Positions 1-7,093 of a stretch of 64,000 bases of DNA are shown here, one piece after another. Under the pieces are notes generated by a model. That model did not search any database and was not told the origin of the DNA. It saw only the letters and a list, made by a program, of their open reading frames with translations. Position 1 is the stretch's first letter. Every line of letters begins with the position of its first letter. The DNA comes from Acidobacteriota bacterium (GTDB taxonomy: Bacteria; Acidobacteriota; UBA6911; RPQK01; JAJDTT01). The stretch lies in the NCBI GenBank assembly GCA_965209055.1, contig OZ242374.1, positions 832,001 to 896,000 of the forward strand, in the 5' to 3' direction. The translations under genes were made by a program, and so were the position numbers.

Positions 1-342
1 GGCTCGAAACCCGTCGCCCGTCAGCCGGCCCACGACTCGGGGACGCAGGGGAGTGCGTTCCGGGAATCCCCCCAGGCTTTCGATGAATTCGGCTCGCAGG
101 CGTTCCTGGTAGTCCCGGATCTGCTCCGGGGTCTTCAGCGCTTCGTACGCCTGCAGACGCCGGTCCAGCGCGGCGTGGACGAGTGGCCGGAGATGATCCT
201 GAAGCAACCGGACTTCGCCGTCCGGCTGTGCCGATGCCGGCAGCACCCGGAGATCGGTCCCGAGCGCGATTTCGGGCGTCAGGGTCCAGACAAGAACGAC
301 AAGGAGTATGCGGGCTGTGCTGGGCGCTGGGCTGGATAACAC
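1..342 (-). CDS. 5' part of a secreted alpha/beta-hydrolase (acetylxylan esterase-like), runs off the window start
   Basis: Not in the ORF track. Manual translation from GTG 342 (GAGGA upstream) gives MLSSPAPSTARILLVVLVW...EFIESLGGFPERTPLRPRVVGRLTGDGFRA: a signal-like N-terminus plus the LGGFPERTPL..R.VG segment typical of these hydrolases. Confidence 0.6.
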   Translation of the reverse strand, partial: MLSSPAPSTARILLVVLVWTLTPEIALGTDLRVLPASAQPDGEVRLLQDHLRPLVHAALDRRLQAYEALKTPEQIRDYQERLRAEFIESLGGFPERTPLRPRVVGRLTGDGFRA

Positions 343-458
343 GAACCCGAATCCTCACAGGAATTGTGTCTGCGGTCAAACGACTTCAGAATGCGGTTCG
401 CGGGGTTCCACAGTCTGTGGAGAAAGCCCCGCCCGGGACCGGGAGCGAAGGAAGGGGA

Positions 459-2075
459 ATGAAAGCGGACAGCGGGAAAGCGCACGATATCGACGTTCTC
501 ATCGTCGGAGGGGGGCACAATGGGCTGGTCGCCGGAAGTTACCTGGCGCGGGCCGGCCTGGAGGTCCAGGTCCTGGAGCGGCGGTCCATGGTCGGCGGGG
601 CCTGCATCACCGAGGAGCTCTTTCCCGGTTTCCACTTCTCCAGTTGCTCCTTCATGCTCTACGCGCTGCACCCCAAGGTTGCGGACGACCTGGAACTGCA
701 CCGATACGGTCTCCAGGTCTTTCAGGTCGATCCCTTCCTGTTTCGCCCCTACCCCGACGGCCGGCGCCTGGTGCTGCACCAGGACCCGGAACGCAACGCG
801 GAAGCCATCGGCGCGTTCTCCCGCCGGGACGCGGAGAGCTACCGGCGATGGAACCGGTTGTGGGAACGGTTCCATTCCATCGTGCACGCTTACGTGCTCA
901 CGCCCCCTCCCGCCTACGTCGATCTGGTGAGGAGGGCCAGGGAGACGGGCAACCTCGAGATCTTCAAGAAAGTCCTGATCACCAGCCACGCCGACCTGGT
1001 CGAGGAGTTCTTCGAGTCGGATCACGTCCGGGCCGCCATGATCCATTCCGGAGACCATGGCGACCCCCGGTCCATCGGAAGCGCCCTGCCGGCGGCCTTC
1101 CTGCCGGGCGACGTGGCACCCGAACGGCGGATCGTGGGCATCGTCAAGGGAGGAATGGGCGCGGTCACGCGGGCCATGGCCGCTTACCTGGAAAGCCAGG
1201 GCGGCGCCATTCGCACCGGGTGCCAGGTCCGCCGCGTCCTGGTGGAGGACGGCCGCGCCCGGGGTGTCGAACTGACCAGCGGAGAGACGATCCGAAGCCG
1301 CTTGGTCGTCTCCAACGCCGACCCCAAGCGCACCTTCCTGGACCTGGTCGAACCGGAACATCTCCCCCCGGGCTTCTGCGGTAGGGTCCGCGGCCGGCGG
1401 ACCGAGATCGGGTACTTCAAGTTCCACGCCGCCATGGATGAATTGCCCGACTTTTCCTCCTGGCTGGGAAGGGACTACGATCCGCGAATCACGGCCCGCG
1501 TCTGGATCTGCCCCTCCATCGAATACGTGCGGCGCGCCTGGCGGGACGCCCGGCGGGGCCGTCCTTCGAGGCAGCCCGTCATGTCGATCCAGATCCCCTC
1601 CGTCTACGACGACAGCATCTGCCCGCCGGGCAAGCACGTCCTGTCCATCTTCGCCGAATACGCGCCGGTCCGTCCGGCCCGGGGCAATTGGGATGAACGC
1701 CGGGAGGAGGCCGGAGAGCGGCTGATTGACGCGGTGACGGCGTATGCGCCCAACTTTCGTCGTGCTATTGCAGACTGGATGCTCTTGACGCCTCTGGACC
1801 TGGAACGCCGCGTCTACCTGACCGCCGGCAACATCCACCACCTGGACATGACGCCGAGCCAGGTCTTCTCCCGCCGGCCGCTCACGGGCTGGGCCGAGTA
1901 CCGGACCCCCGTCGAGGGCCTGTGGCTCTGCGGCGCCGGCACCCACCCGGGCGGCGAGGTCTCGGGAGCGCCCGGTCACAACGCGGCCCACGCCATCTTG
2001 CGGGATCTTCGGAGGGGCGATTCCCAATCGCCCGGTTCCCCCTCGTTTGCTGATGTCGAAAGAACCGGCGGTTAG
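459..2075 (+). CDS. Phytoene desaturase-family NAD(P)/FAD-dependent oxidoreductase
   Basis: GGGHNG dinucleotide-binding motif, ERR..VGGAC.TEE, C-terminal LWLCGAGTHPGGEVSGAPGHNAA. ATG 459 follows GAAGGGG. Confidence 0.85.
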   Translation: MKADSGKAHDIDVLIVGGGHNGLVAGSYLARAGLEVQVLERRSMVGGACITEELFPGFHFSSCSFMLYALHPKVADDLELHRYGLQVFQVDPFLFRPYPDGRRLVLHQDPERNAEAIGAFSRRDAESYRRWNRLWERFHSIVHAYVLTPPPAYVDLVRRARETGNLEIFKKVLITSHADLVEEFFESDHVRAAMIHSGDHGDPRSIGSALPAAFLPGDVAPERRIVGIVKGGMGAVTRAMAAYLESQGGAIRTGCQVRRVLVEDGRARGVELTSGETIRSRLVVSNADPKRTFLDLVEPEHLPPGFCGRVRGRRTEIGYFKFHAAMDELPDFSSWLGRDYDPRITARVWICPSIEYVRRAWRDARRGRPSRQPVMSIQIPSVYDDSICPPGKHVLSIFAEYAPVRPARGNWDERREEAGERLIDAVTAYAPNFRRAIADWMLLTPLDLERRVYLTAGNIHHLDMTPSQVFSRRPLTGWAEYRTPVEGLWLCGAGTHPGGEVSGAPGHNAAHAILRDLRRGDSQSPGSPSFADVERTGG

Positions 2076-2089
2076 GAAACCGCCGCTCC
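2066..2089. repeat. REP-like palindrome, family A (CGGCGG-N-CCGCCGCTCC)
   Basis: cggcggttaggaaaccgccgctcc overlaps the stop codon. The same family recurs at several sites in the window. Confidence 0.65.
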
Positions 2090-2104
2090 TGCTGGAGGCC
2101 GCCC

Positions 2105-3559
2105 ATGCCCCGTCCCAATCTTCTGGTGCTGATGACCGATCAGCAGCGAGCCGACACCGTGGGTCCCGCCTCTCCCTGCCGGACCCCCCACCTGGACGCC
2201 CTGGCTGCTCAGGGAACCCGGTTTCTCCGTGCCTACTCTTCCAACCCCATCTGCTCGCCCAGCCGGGCGAGCCTGATGACGGGGCTCCTGCCCCACAGCC
2301 ACGGGATGGTCGACTGCACCCATACGGTGGAGCCCTATCGCGCCGACCTGAAGCCGGGACTCCCCTTCTGGAGCCGGGAGCTTCGGGGCGCCGGGTATCG
2401 CACCGGCTACTACGGGAAATGGCACATCGAGCGCTCCAATCGGCTGGAGGATTTCGGATTCGATTCGTACGAGCTGATGGAGAGCTTCGAGGCGGCCGAT
2501 GTGGGATGCCAACGGGTTCCCGACGCCGGCTACCTGGCGCGCCGCCGGAGCCTGGGACTCCCCGAATCGGATCGCCGCTGGGAACGCAAGGGGATGGTTC
2601 GCCATCCCGGATACCGGGACCTGTTGCTGCACGGCGTCGTGGACGAGCCCGTGGAGGGAACCCGCGAGCACCACGTCTTCTCGCGCGGGATCGATTTTCT
2701 GAATGAACCGGCCCGCGGCGACCAACCGTGGTGCCTCTTCCTGAGCACCGCCGGTCCTCACGATCCCTACGTCGTGCCGCGGGAATACCGTCGCCGCTAC
2801 GACGCCCGTTCCCTGATGCCTCCCCCCAGTTTCCAGGACGATCTGGCCGGCCGTCCCGCCATCTACCGGCGGATGCGGAGCGTGTGGGACCAGATGCGGT
2901 GGTCCGATTTCGCCGAGGCCACCGCCTGCTACTACGCCTTCTGTTCCCTCGTCGACGACCAGATCGGGAGGATTCTGAGGGTCCTGGAGGAGACGGGCCA
3001 GTCGGAGAATACGCTGGTGCTGTTCCTGTCGGACCACGGTGACTACATGGGAGCCCACCGTCTGATGCTCAAGGGGGTCCCCGCCTTCGAGGAGGCTTAT
3101 CGCGTGCCCCTGATCCTGAAAGGTCCCGGGGTGAATCCGGGACAGGAGGTCCCCGAGATCGTCAGTCTGCTGGACGTGGCGCCGACCCTGACGGAGCTGA
3201 CGCTGGGAGAGGACTTCTCCTGCCACGGGCGGTCGCTGCGTCCGCTGTTGGAGGGGGACGGATCCGGCTGGGACTCGGAAGCCTACGCCGAAATGCAGGG
3301 CCAGAGAATGGCGTACACGCAACGGGTTCTCTGGAGAGACAACCACAAGTACGTCTTCAATGCCTTCGACGAAGACGAGGTCTACGACCTGGAACAGGAT
3401 CCCCACGAACTGCGCAACCTGGCCGGAAGCCGCGAGTCCCTGTGCCGGGAGATGGCGGCTCGGATGTGGGAAATCGCCCGAGCCACCGGCGACTACAACC
3501 TCTACGAGTCCCAGTACGGCTGCTTCCGCTGGGCGCCCGTGGGACCGGAGGCGCGCTAG
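2105..3559 (+). CDS. Sulfatase (formylglycine-dependent, choline-sulfatase-like)
   Basis: PNLLVLMTDQQR, CSPSRASLMTG (CxPxR), GKWH, SDHGD motifs. Confidence 0.92.
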   Translation: MPRPNLLVLMTDQQRADTVGPASPCRTPHLDALAAQGTRFLRAYSSNPICSPSRASLMTGLLPHSHGMVDCTHTVEPYRADLKPGLPFWSRELRGAGYRTGYYGKWHIERSNRLEDFGFDSYELMESFEAADVGCQRVPDAGYLARRRSLGLPESDRRWERKGMVRHPGYRDLLLHGVVDEPVEGTREHHVFSRGIDFLNEPARGDQPWCLFLSTAGPHDPYVVPREYRRRYDARSLMPPPSFQDDLAGRPAIYRRMRSVWDQMRWSDFAEATACYYAFCSLVDDQIGRILRVLEETGQSENTLVLFLSDHGDYMGAHRLMLKGVPAFEEAYRVPLILKGPGVNPGQEVPEIVSLLDVAPTLTELTLGEDFSCHGRSLRPLLEGDGSGWDSEAYAEMQGQRMAYTQRVLWRDNHKYVFNAFDEDEVYDLEQDPHELRNLAGSRESLCREMAARMWEIARATGDYNLYESQYGCFRWAPVGPEAR

Positions 3560-3564
3560 GAGGG

Positions 3565-3578
3565 GGGACTGTTAGTCC
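3565..3578. repeat. att core, left copy (GGGACTGTTAGTCC)
   Basis: Identical to 7094-7107. Contains the dyad GGACT-GTT-AGTCC. Confidence 0.85.
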
Positions 3579-3607
3579 GACGCTCTGTCCAACTGAGCTA
3601 CGGGATT
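3565..3607 (-). pseudogene. tRNA-like 5' half (acceptor 5' strand, D-arm, partial anticodon arm)
   Basis: Minus strand reads AATCCCG-TA-GCTC-AGTTGGACA-GAGC-G-TCGGA-CTAACAG-TCC. D-arm is canonical; no T-arm or 3' acceptor strand follows. Confidence 0.7.
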
Positions 3608-3627
3608 GATCCTTTCCTTTCAACAGG

Positions 3628-4734
3628 TTATCCCGATGCTCCTCTCAAATCGTTCCTCCTATTTCCTCCCCGTTGCCTGTTTGTTGCCGGTCTCATTTGT
3701 GAGTCTTCGGTAGCCTGTGCCTCCCGAATGCTGGCAAGCGCATGCGAACTGACGTACCCCGCGTAGCGCATCGTCGTGCTGATCGAGGAGTGGCCCATCA
3801 GCTTCTGCACCGTCCTCACGTCCACCCCCTGCATCAGCCAATGGCTGCACCGGAATCGTCTCAGGTCGTGAAATCCGACCTTCAACCCCACCCGCTCGGT
3901 GGCCCGGCGCAACGGCTTGTCCGGATTCACCCATCTCGTGCCGGTTCGGGTGTTGACAAAGACATATGGGGTGCTCAGGTAGCGAACCAGCCCGGTCAGG
4001 TATCCTGCGGCGTACTTCGACAGCGGGATCTCCCTCGTCTCGTCGTTCTTGGTGAATTCCACCCATAGCAGCCTCCGGGATAGATCCACCCGTTTCCAGG
4101 TGAGCGACAACGCTTCGCCTTTCCGAATCCCCGTCTCGCCGATCACGGCGATCATGGCTTGCAGGTAAGGGTTGTCCATCGCCTCGACCAGGTCGCGGAA
4201 CTGTTGAACCGTCAAGGGCCGGAAGACCTTCTTGGGTTCTTTGAGTTTGGGGAATCTCACCAGCGGGTGCGTGTCCACTTCCCCGCACTCCAGCGCGTAG
4301 GAAAACAGCTTGCTGATGGCGGCAATGTCCCGGTTCACCGTGGCCGGCTGCACTTGCTTCTTTCTCCTGGCGACGTAGCGGTACAGGTCCTTGCGTTGGA
4401 ACTCCTTCAGGGGAATGTTCCCCAGCATGGCGTTGAGGCTCTTGAACGAGAGCGCATAGCGGCGGCGGGAGCGCATGCGAGGTTTGCAATACTCCTCGAA
4501 GAAACGCTCGTAGAAGCTCCGGACCGTCCAGACGGTGCGGTTCCCGCCGGCGAGCTCCTCCTTGAGCTGCTTCCAGGTGCCGTCCAGGATGCTCGACTCG
4601 ATTCGTGTTTGAAGCGCCTGTGCGCTCCGGTAGTTGGGGGCGTACATTCGGAGCCGACCGGATCCGTTCGGCCAGTACTTGCTGACGACGTACCGTCGTC
4701 TCCCCCGGCGATCCTTCACCTTGTAGATGCCCAT
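3628..4734 (-). CDS. int: Tyrosine recombinase / phage integrase (lambda Int-like, with N-terminal arm-binding-like and core-binding domains), 368 aa
   Basis: TGIRKGE (catalytic R), TKN (K), FHDLRR (HxxR), LMGH...TTMRY (H, Y). ATG 4734 follows a strong SD (AGAAAGGAGG). Confidence 0.95.
   Translation of the reverse strand: MGIYKVKDRRGRRRYVVSKYWPNGSGRLRMYAPNYRSAQALQTRIESSILDGTWKQLKEELAGGNRTVWTVRSFYERFFEEYCKPRMRSRRRYALSFKSLNAMLGNIPLKEFQRKDLYRYVARRKKQVQPATVNRDIAAISKLFSYALECGEVDTHPLVRFPKLKEPKKVFRPLTVQQFRDLVEAMDNPYLQAMIAVIGETGIRKGEALSLTWKRVDLSRRLLWVEFTKNDETREIPLSKYAAGYLTGLVRYLSTPYVFVNTRTGTRWVNPDKPLRRATERVGLKVGFHDLRRFRCSHWLMQGVDVRTVQKLMGHSSISTTMRYAGYVSSHALASIREAQATEDSQMRPATNRQRGGNRRNDLRGASG
3674..3691 (+). 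repeat. Candidate integrase arm-type sites (tandem TGCC(T/G)GT), left end
   Basis: tgcctgtttgttgccggt matches 6971-6988 tgcctgtctgttgcctgt at 16/18. Each copy is about 100 bp inside an att core. Confidence 0.6.
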
Positions 4735-4800
4735 GCATCTCCTCCTTTCTGGATCCGGGTTCTTCGCCGTGGGGCGAATCGTACCACGGCTCCAGAGAAC

Positions 4801-4877
4801 GGACCGGTGGGACCTGTCCCCCCAGACCCCCCAGTGGCGCCAGAACCCGCGCCGGATCACCATTCCGGCGCTGAACC
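4801..4877 (-). repeat. 77-bp structured motif, copy 1 (inverted relative to 5804-5880), upstream of int
   Basis: Ungapped 60/77 identity to 5804-5880 by manual count. 8-bp stem GCGCCGGA/TCCGGCGC with loop ATGGTGA, then GGGGGGTCTGGGGGGACAGGTCC. Confidence 0.8.
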
Positions 4878-5247
4878 GGGCGCTTTTATTTGTCGCGTCC
4901 CATAAGAATGGGTCCCTCGCGCAGGATTCCCGCCGCGTCTCTCGCAGGCTTCCCGGTCGGAGCAAATCTGTCCCCGGCCGAGGTGTCGCTTGAAACCCCC
5001 TCAGGCGGGAATTCTCGTGAGATCGTGAAAAAACAAGCCCGCCATCTGGCCTGTGTTGGCCCGCCGCAGCCGGACGAAGGGTTAGGTATAGGCCCCGGAG
5101 CGTCGTCCAGAAGCCTCCGGCGCGGCGCCGGGAAACAGGCAATTCTCAGCACGGGCGCAGCCCGTTAGGTAGTCCATGAGATCCGGAGCTCGGGCGATCG
5201 GCAAGACGCGATCCTGCTTCCAGAACTCAGCCTGATGGTGAAGACGG

Positions 5248-5277
5248 CTGACGTCATCCGATCTTCTTGAGTAGAAT
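5248..5277 (+). promoter_or_regulatory. Putative sigma70-type promoter for the small membrane peptide
   Basis: CTGACG-N18-TAGAAT upstream of SD GGAGG (5311-5315). Confidence 0.35.
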
Positions 5278-5323
5278 CTGATGGAAGTGGGTCAATCGAA
5301 AGCAGGCCAGGGAGGCAAAGCAG

Positions 5324-5455
5324 ATGCGCTCAGACCACACCCCCCCCCCCACCATGCTCAGGATGGTCGTTGCCGTCGTCATCGGACTGATTGTGTTCGA
5401 GGTGGTGGCGGCGCTGTATCAGGTCGTCGCCGGGTTCTTTCTGGCGGCTTTCTGA
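5324..5455 (+). CDS. 43-aa hydrophobic membrane peptide with an internal C11 tract
   Basis: Below the ORF-track cutoff. MRSDHTPPPTMLRMVVAVVIGLIVFEVVAALYQVVAGFFLAAF; GGAGG lies 8 nt upstream of the ATG. Confidence 0.55.
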   Translation: MRSDHTPPPTMLRMVVAVVIGLIVFEVVAALYQVVAGFFLAAF

Positions 5456-5803
5456 CGTCTTGCCGGGTTTTCGGCCCCAAGAGCAATCCAAAATCACGGC
5501 GATGGTAGCCGGTCGGGCCAAGGGTTCCACCTCGATGGCCAGGCCGACATGGAAAGCGTCCTCGGTTCTGGCGATCCAGGGGAGAAAGTAAATTGCACCG
5601 GTGGGGCTGGGGGCTTGAGAGATCGGTGGCAACACTGAACTGGAGGCAAAACGACGCACCCTGTGGGAAATCTCTGATTTTCCACACGGTGGGGAGGTTC
5701 GTTGAGACGAGGCTCGATCCCTCTTTGGAGAGTTCTTTGGTGGGTATGTGTCTCTTCGCATCCGGGGGGTTCGGGGGGGCTGGCCCCACCGCTACGAGCG
5801 TCA

Positions 5804-5880
5804 GGTTCACGGTCGGCTTGGTGTGCCGAACGGGGTTCAGGCGCACCAGGGGGGTCTGGGGGGACAGGTCCACCCGGTCC
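5804..5880 (+). repeat. 77-bp structured motif, copy 2
   Basis: Stem CGGTCGGC/GCCGAACG (7 of 8 paired) with loop TTGGTGT, then the same G-rich block as copy 1. Confidence 0.8.
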
Positions 5881-5917
5881 TCGGTCTTCTTCCGGGCCTT
5901 CCCGCAGGGAGAATTGA

Positions 5918-6014
5918 GACGGGAGCGACCCCCCCAGGGGGTGTTGCGCAAATGTGAATTGCGCAACGCCCCCGCGCCCGCACCGGGCAGCAAAAAGGGG
6001 GGGTCGCTCCCGTC
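5918..6014 (+). other. Nested stem-loop (three-way junction); candidate structured RNA or ssDNA signal
   Basis: Perfect 18-bp outer stem 5918-5935/5997-6014. 15-bp inner stem 5937-5951/5959-5973 with one G-T pair on the + strand. Small GCCCG/CGGGC hairpin. Confidence 0.7.
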
Positions 6015-6240
6015 CACCTCCATTTTCCCCGTGCGGCCACCCGGTGGCCGGGAATGGGGCCGTAACTGACTGAAAGGAAAAAAGATCGGGGAGAGTGAAT
6101 TTGTGAGTCACCGGGACCGCTTTTTGTGAATCCACCCCCTTTGTCCCATTCACATCCCGGATCGGGCGCGAGACCCTCTTGACGCACGCCCGAAACGAGT
6201 CACCAATAACCTTTGCGGCGGCCGAGAGTGGTCATCTCGA

Positions 6241-6480
6241 TCACAACTGACACGGAGCGATCCTCCACCGCCGGTGCGTCGCCATCCAGGAGCGCAGACC
6301 CTCGGTGACCACCGGCTCCGGAGCGACACAGACGAGGGTGGCCCTGCCGTCCTCGACGGCAATCTGCAGTTTGAACGCCAAGTAACGCCGGGTCCTCCCC
6401 ACTGCGCCATAGGGCACTTGCCGGGGATGCTGATTCTCGGGAATGGCGTCCCGTCCGAAGGGGTCTACGGACTTGTTCAT
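6241..6480 (-). CDS. Hypothetical protein, 79 aa (element-borne)
   Basis: ATG start with GAGGGTG upstream. No motif recognised. Confidence 0.4.
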   Translation of the reverse strand: MNKSVDPFGRDAIPENQHPRQVPYGAVGRTRRYLAFKLQIAVEDGRATLVCVAPEPVVTEGLRSWMATHRRWRIAPCQL

Positions 6481-6625
6481 CCGCCGTCACCCTCGGAATG
6501 CTCTACGACATCGGATGGGAGCTACGTGAGCGTGGAGTGGACCCCCTCGACGTGCTACGGTGTCTCGAAGGTGCTCAGTAACGACCACTCAACTCAGTGG
6601 TGCAACCGAGTAAGGAGTAACCCTA

Positions 6626-6892
6626 ATGAACCCAGCCCGCGAAACAATTCCGCCCGAACGCCTTCAACAAATTGCGGCGTGGGACGGATTAGCTTCCCAA
6701 GTCGTTCTCGTGGACGTTCCGGGTCGGGGACTGGTTCCCAAACTGAGGTTGTGGTTTCAGTTCCGACGACTCGGACCACCGCCTCCGGGTAACGGGCCAA
6801 CCATTCACCAAGAAGCAGTTGTCGGTCTGGAATTTGCGCAGAGGATGGTGGACCACATATCGAGTGCAATTGCCGACGCGAAGCAGCGTTGA
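6626..6892 (+). CDS. Hypothetical protein, 88 aa (element-borne)
   Basis: AAGGAG SD 8 nt before the ATG. Globular-looking composition; no motif recognised. Confidence 0.6.
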   Translation: MNPARETIPPERLQQIAAWDGLASQVVLVDVPGRGLVPKLRLWFQFRRLGPPPPGNGPTIHQEAVVGLEFAQRMVDHISSAIADAKQR

Positions 6893-6970
6893 CGTTCACG
6901 GAGCCGCACTTGGGGCAGTTGATACGGAAGGGAGAAAAAGGGCGCGCCGGCTTTCAGGAGCCGATTCGGC

Positions 6971-6988
6971 TGCCTGTCTGTTGCCTGT
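6971..6988 (+). repeat. Candidate integrase arm-type sites, right end
   Basis: Direct-repeat partner of 3674-3691. Confidence 0.6.
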
Positions 6989-7093
6989 TCAGCATGTCAA
7001 ACATAGGGAGTCAACCACCTTACCGATTCGGCGAAGAACCCGGTAAATCACTGTAAACGTTAATGTTCGGTAGTCTTTGACTTTGGGACAGTT

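Noticed and set aside
3565-3607. Functional tRNA (would read as Val, anticodon AAC)
   Set aside because: There is no T-arm or 3' acceptor strand in either the integrated or the reconstructed circular junction, and AAC anticodons are not normal in bacteria. Kept only as a tRNA-like fragment.
4735-5142. 136-aa N-terminal extension of the integrase in the ORF track
   Set aside because: A strong SD precedes ATG 4734, and the extension is low-complexity translation of the structured leader.
4878-5803. Invertible (phase-variation) segment flanked by the 77-bp inverted repeats
   Set aside because: Not excluded, but disfavoured. The repeats differ by compensatory stem changes and do not resemble the att core, which points to structure rather than recombination sites. 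Long reads would decide.
5330-6187. Several overlapping 100-220 aa ORFs in the element interior
   Set aside because: They are Pro/Gly/Arg-rich translations of GC hairpins with no SD and no motifs. A short protein-like stretch in 5330-5761 (-) cannot be fully excluded.
6594-6950. Minus-strand frame containing CPKC...HSIC (zinc-ribbon-like)
   Set aside because: There is no standard start codon between the upstream stop and the CxxC, and it is antisense to the better-supported 6626-6892 ORF.
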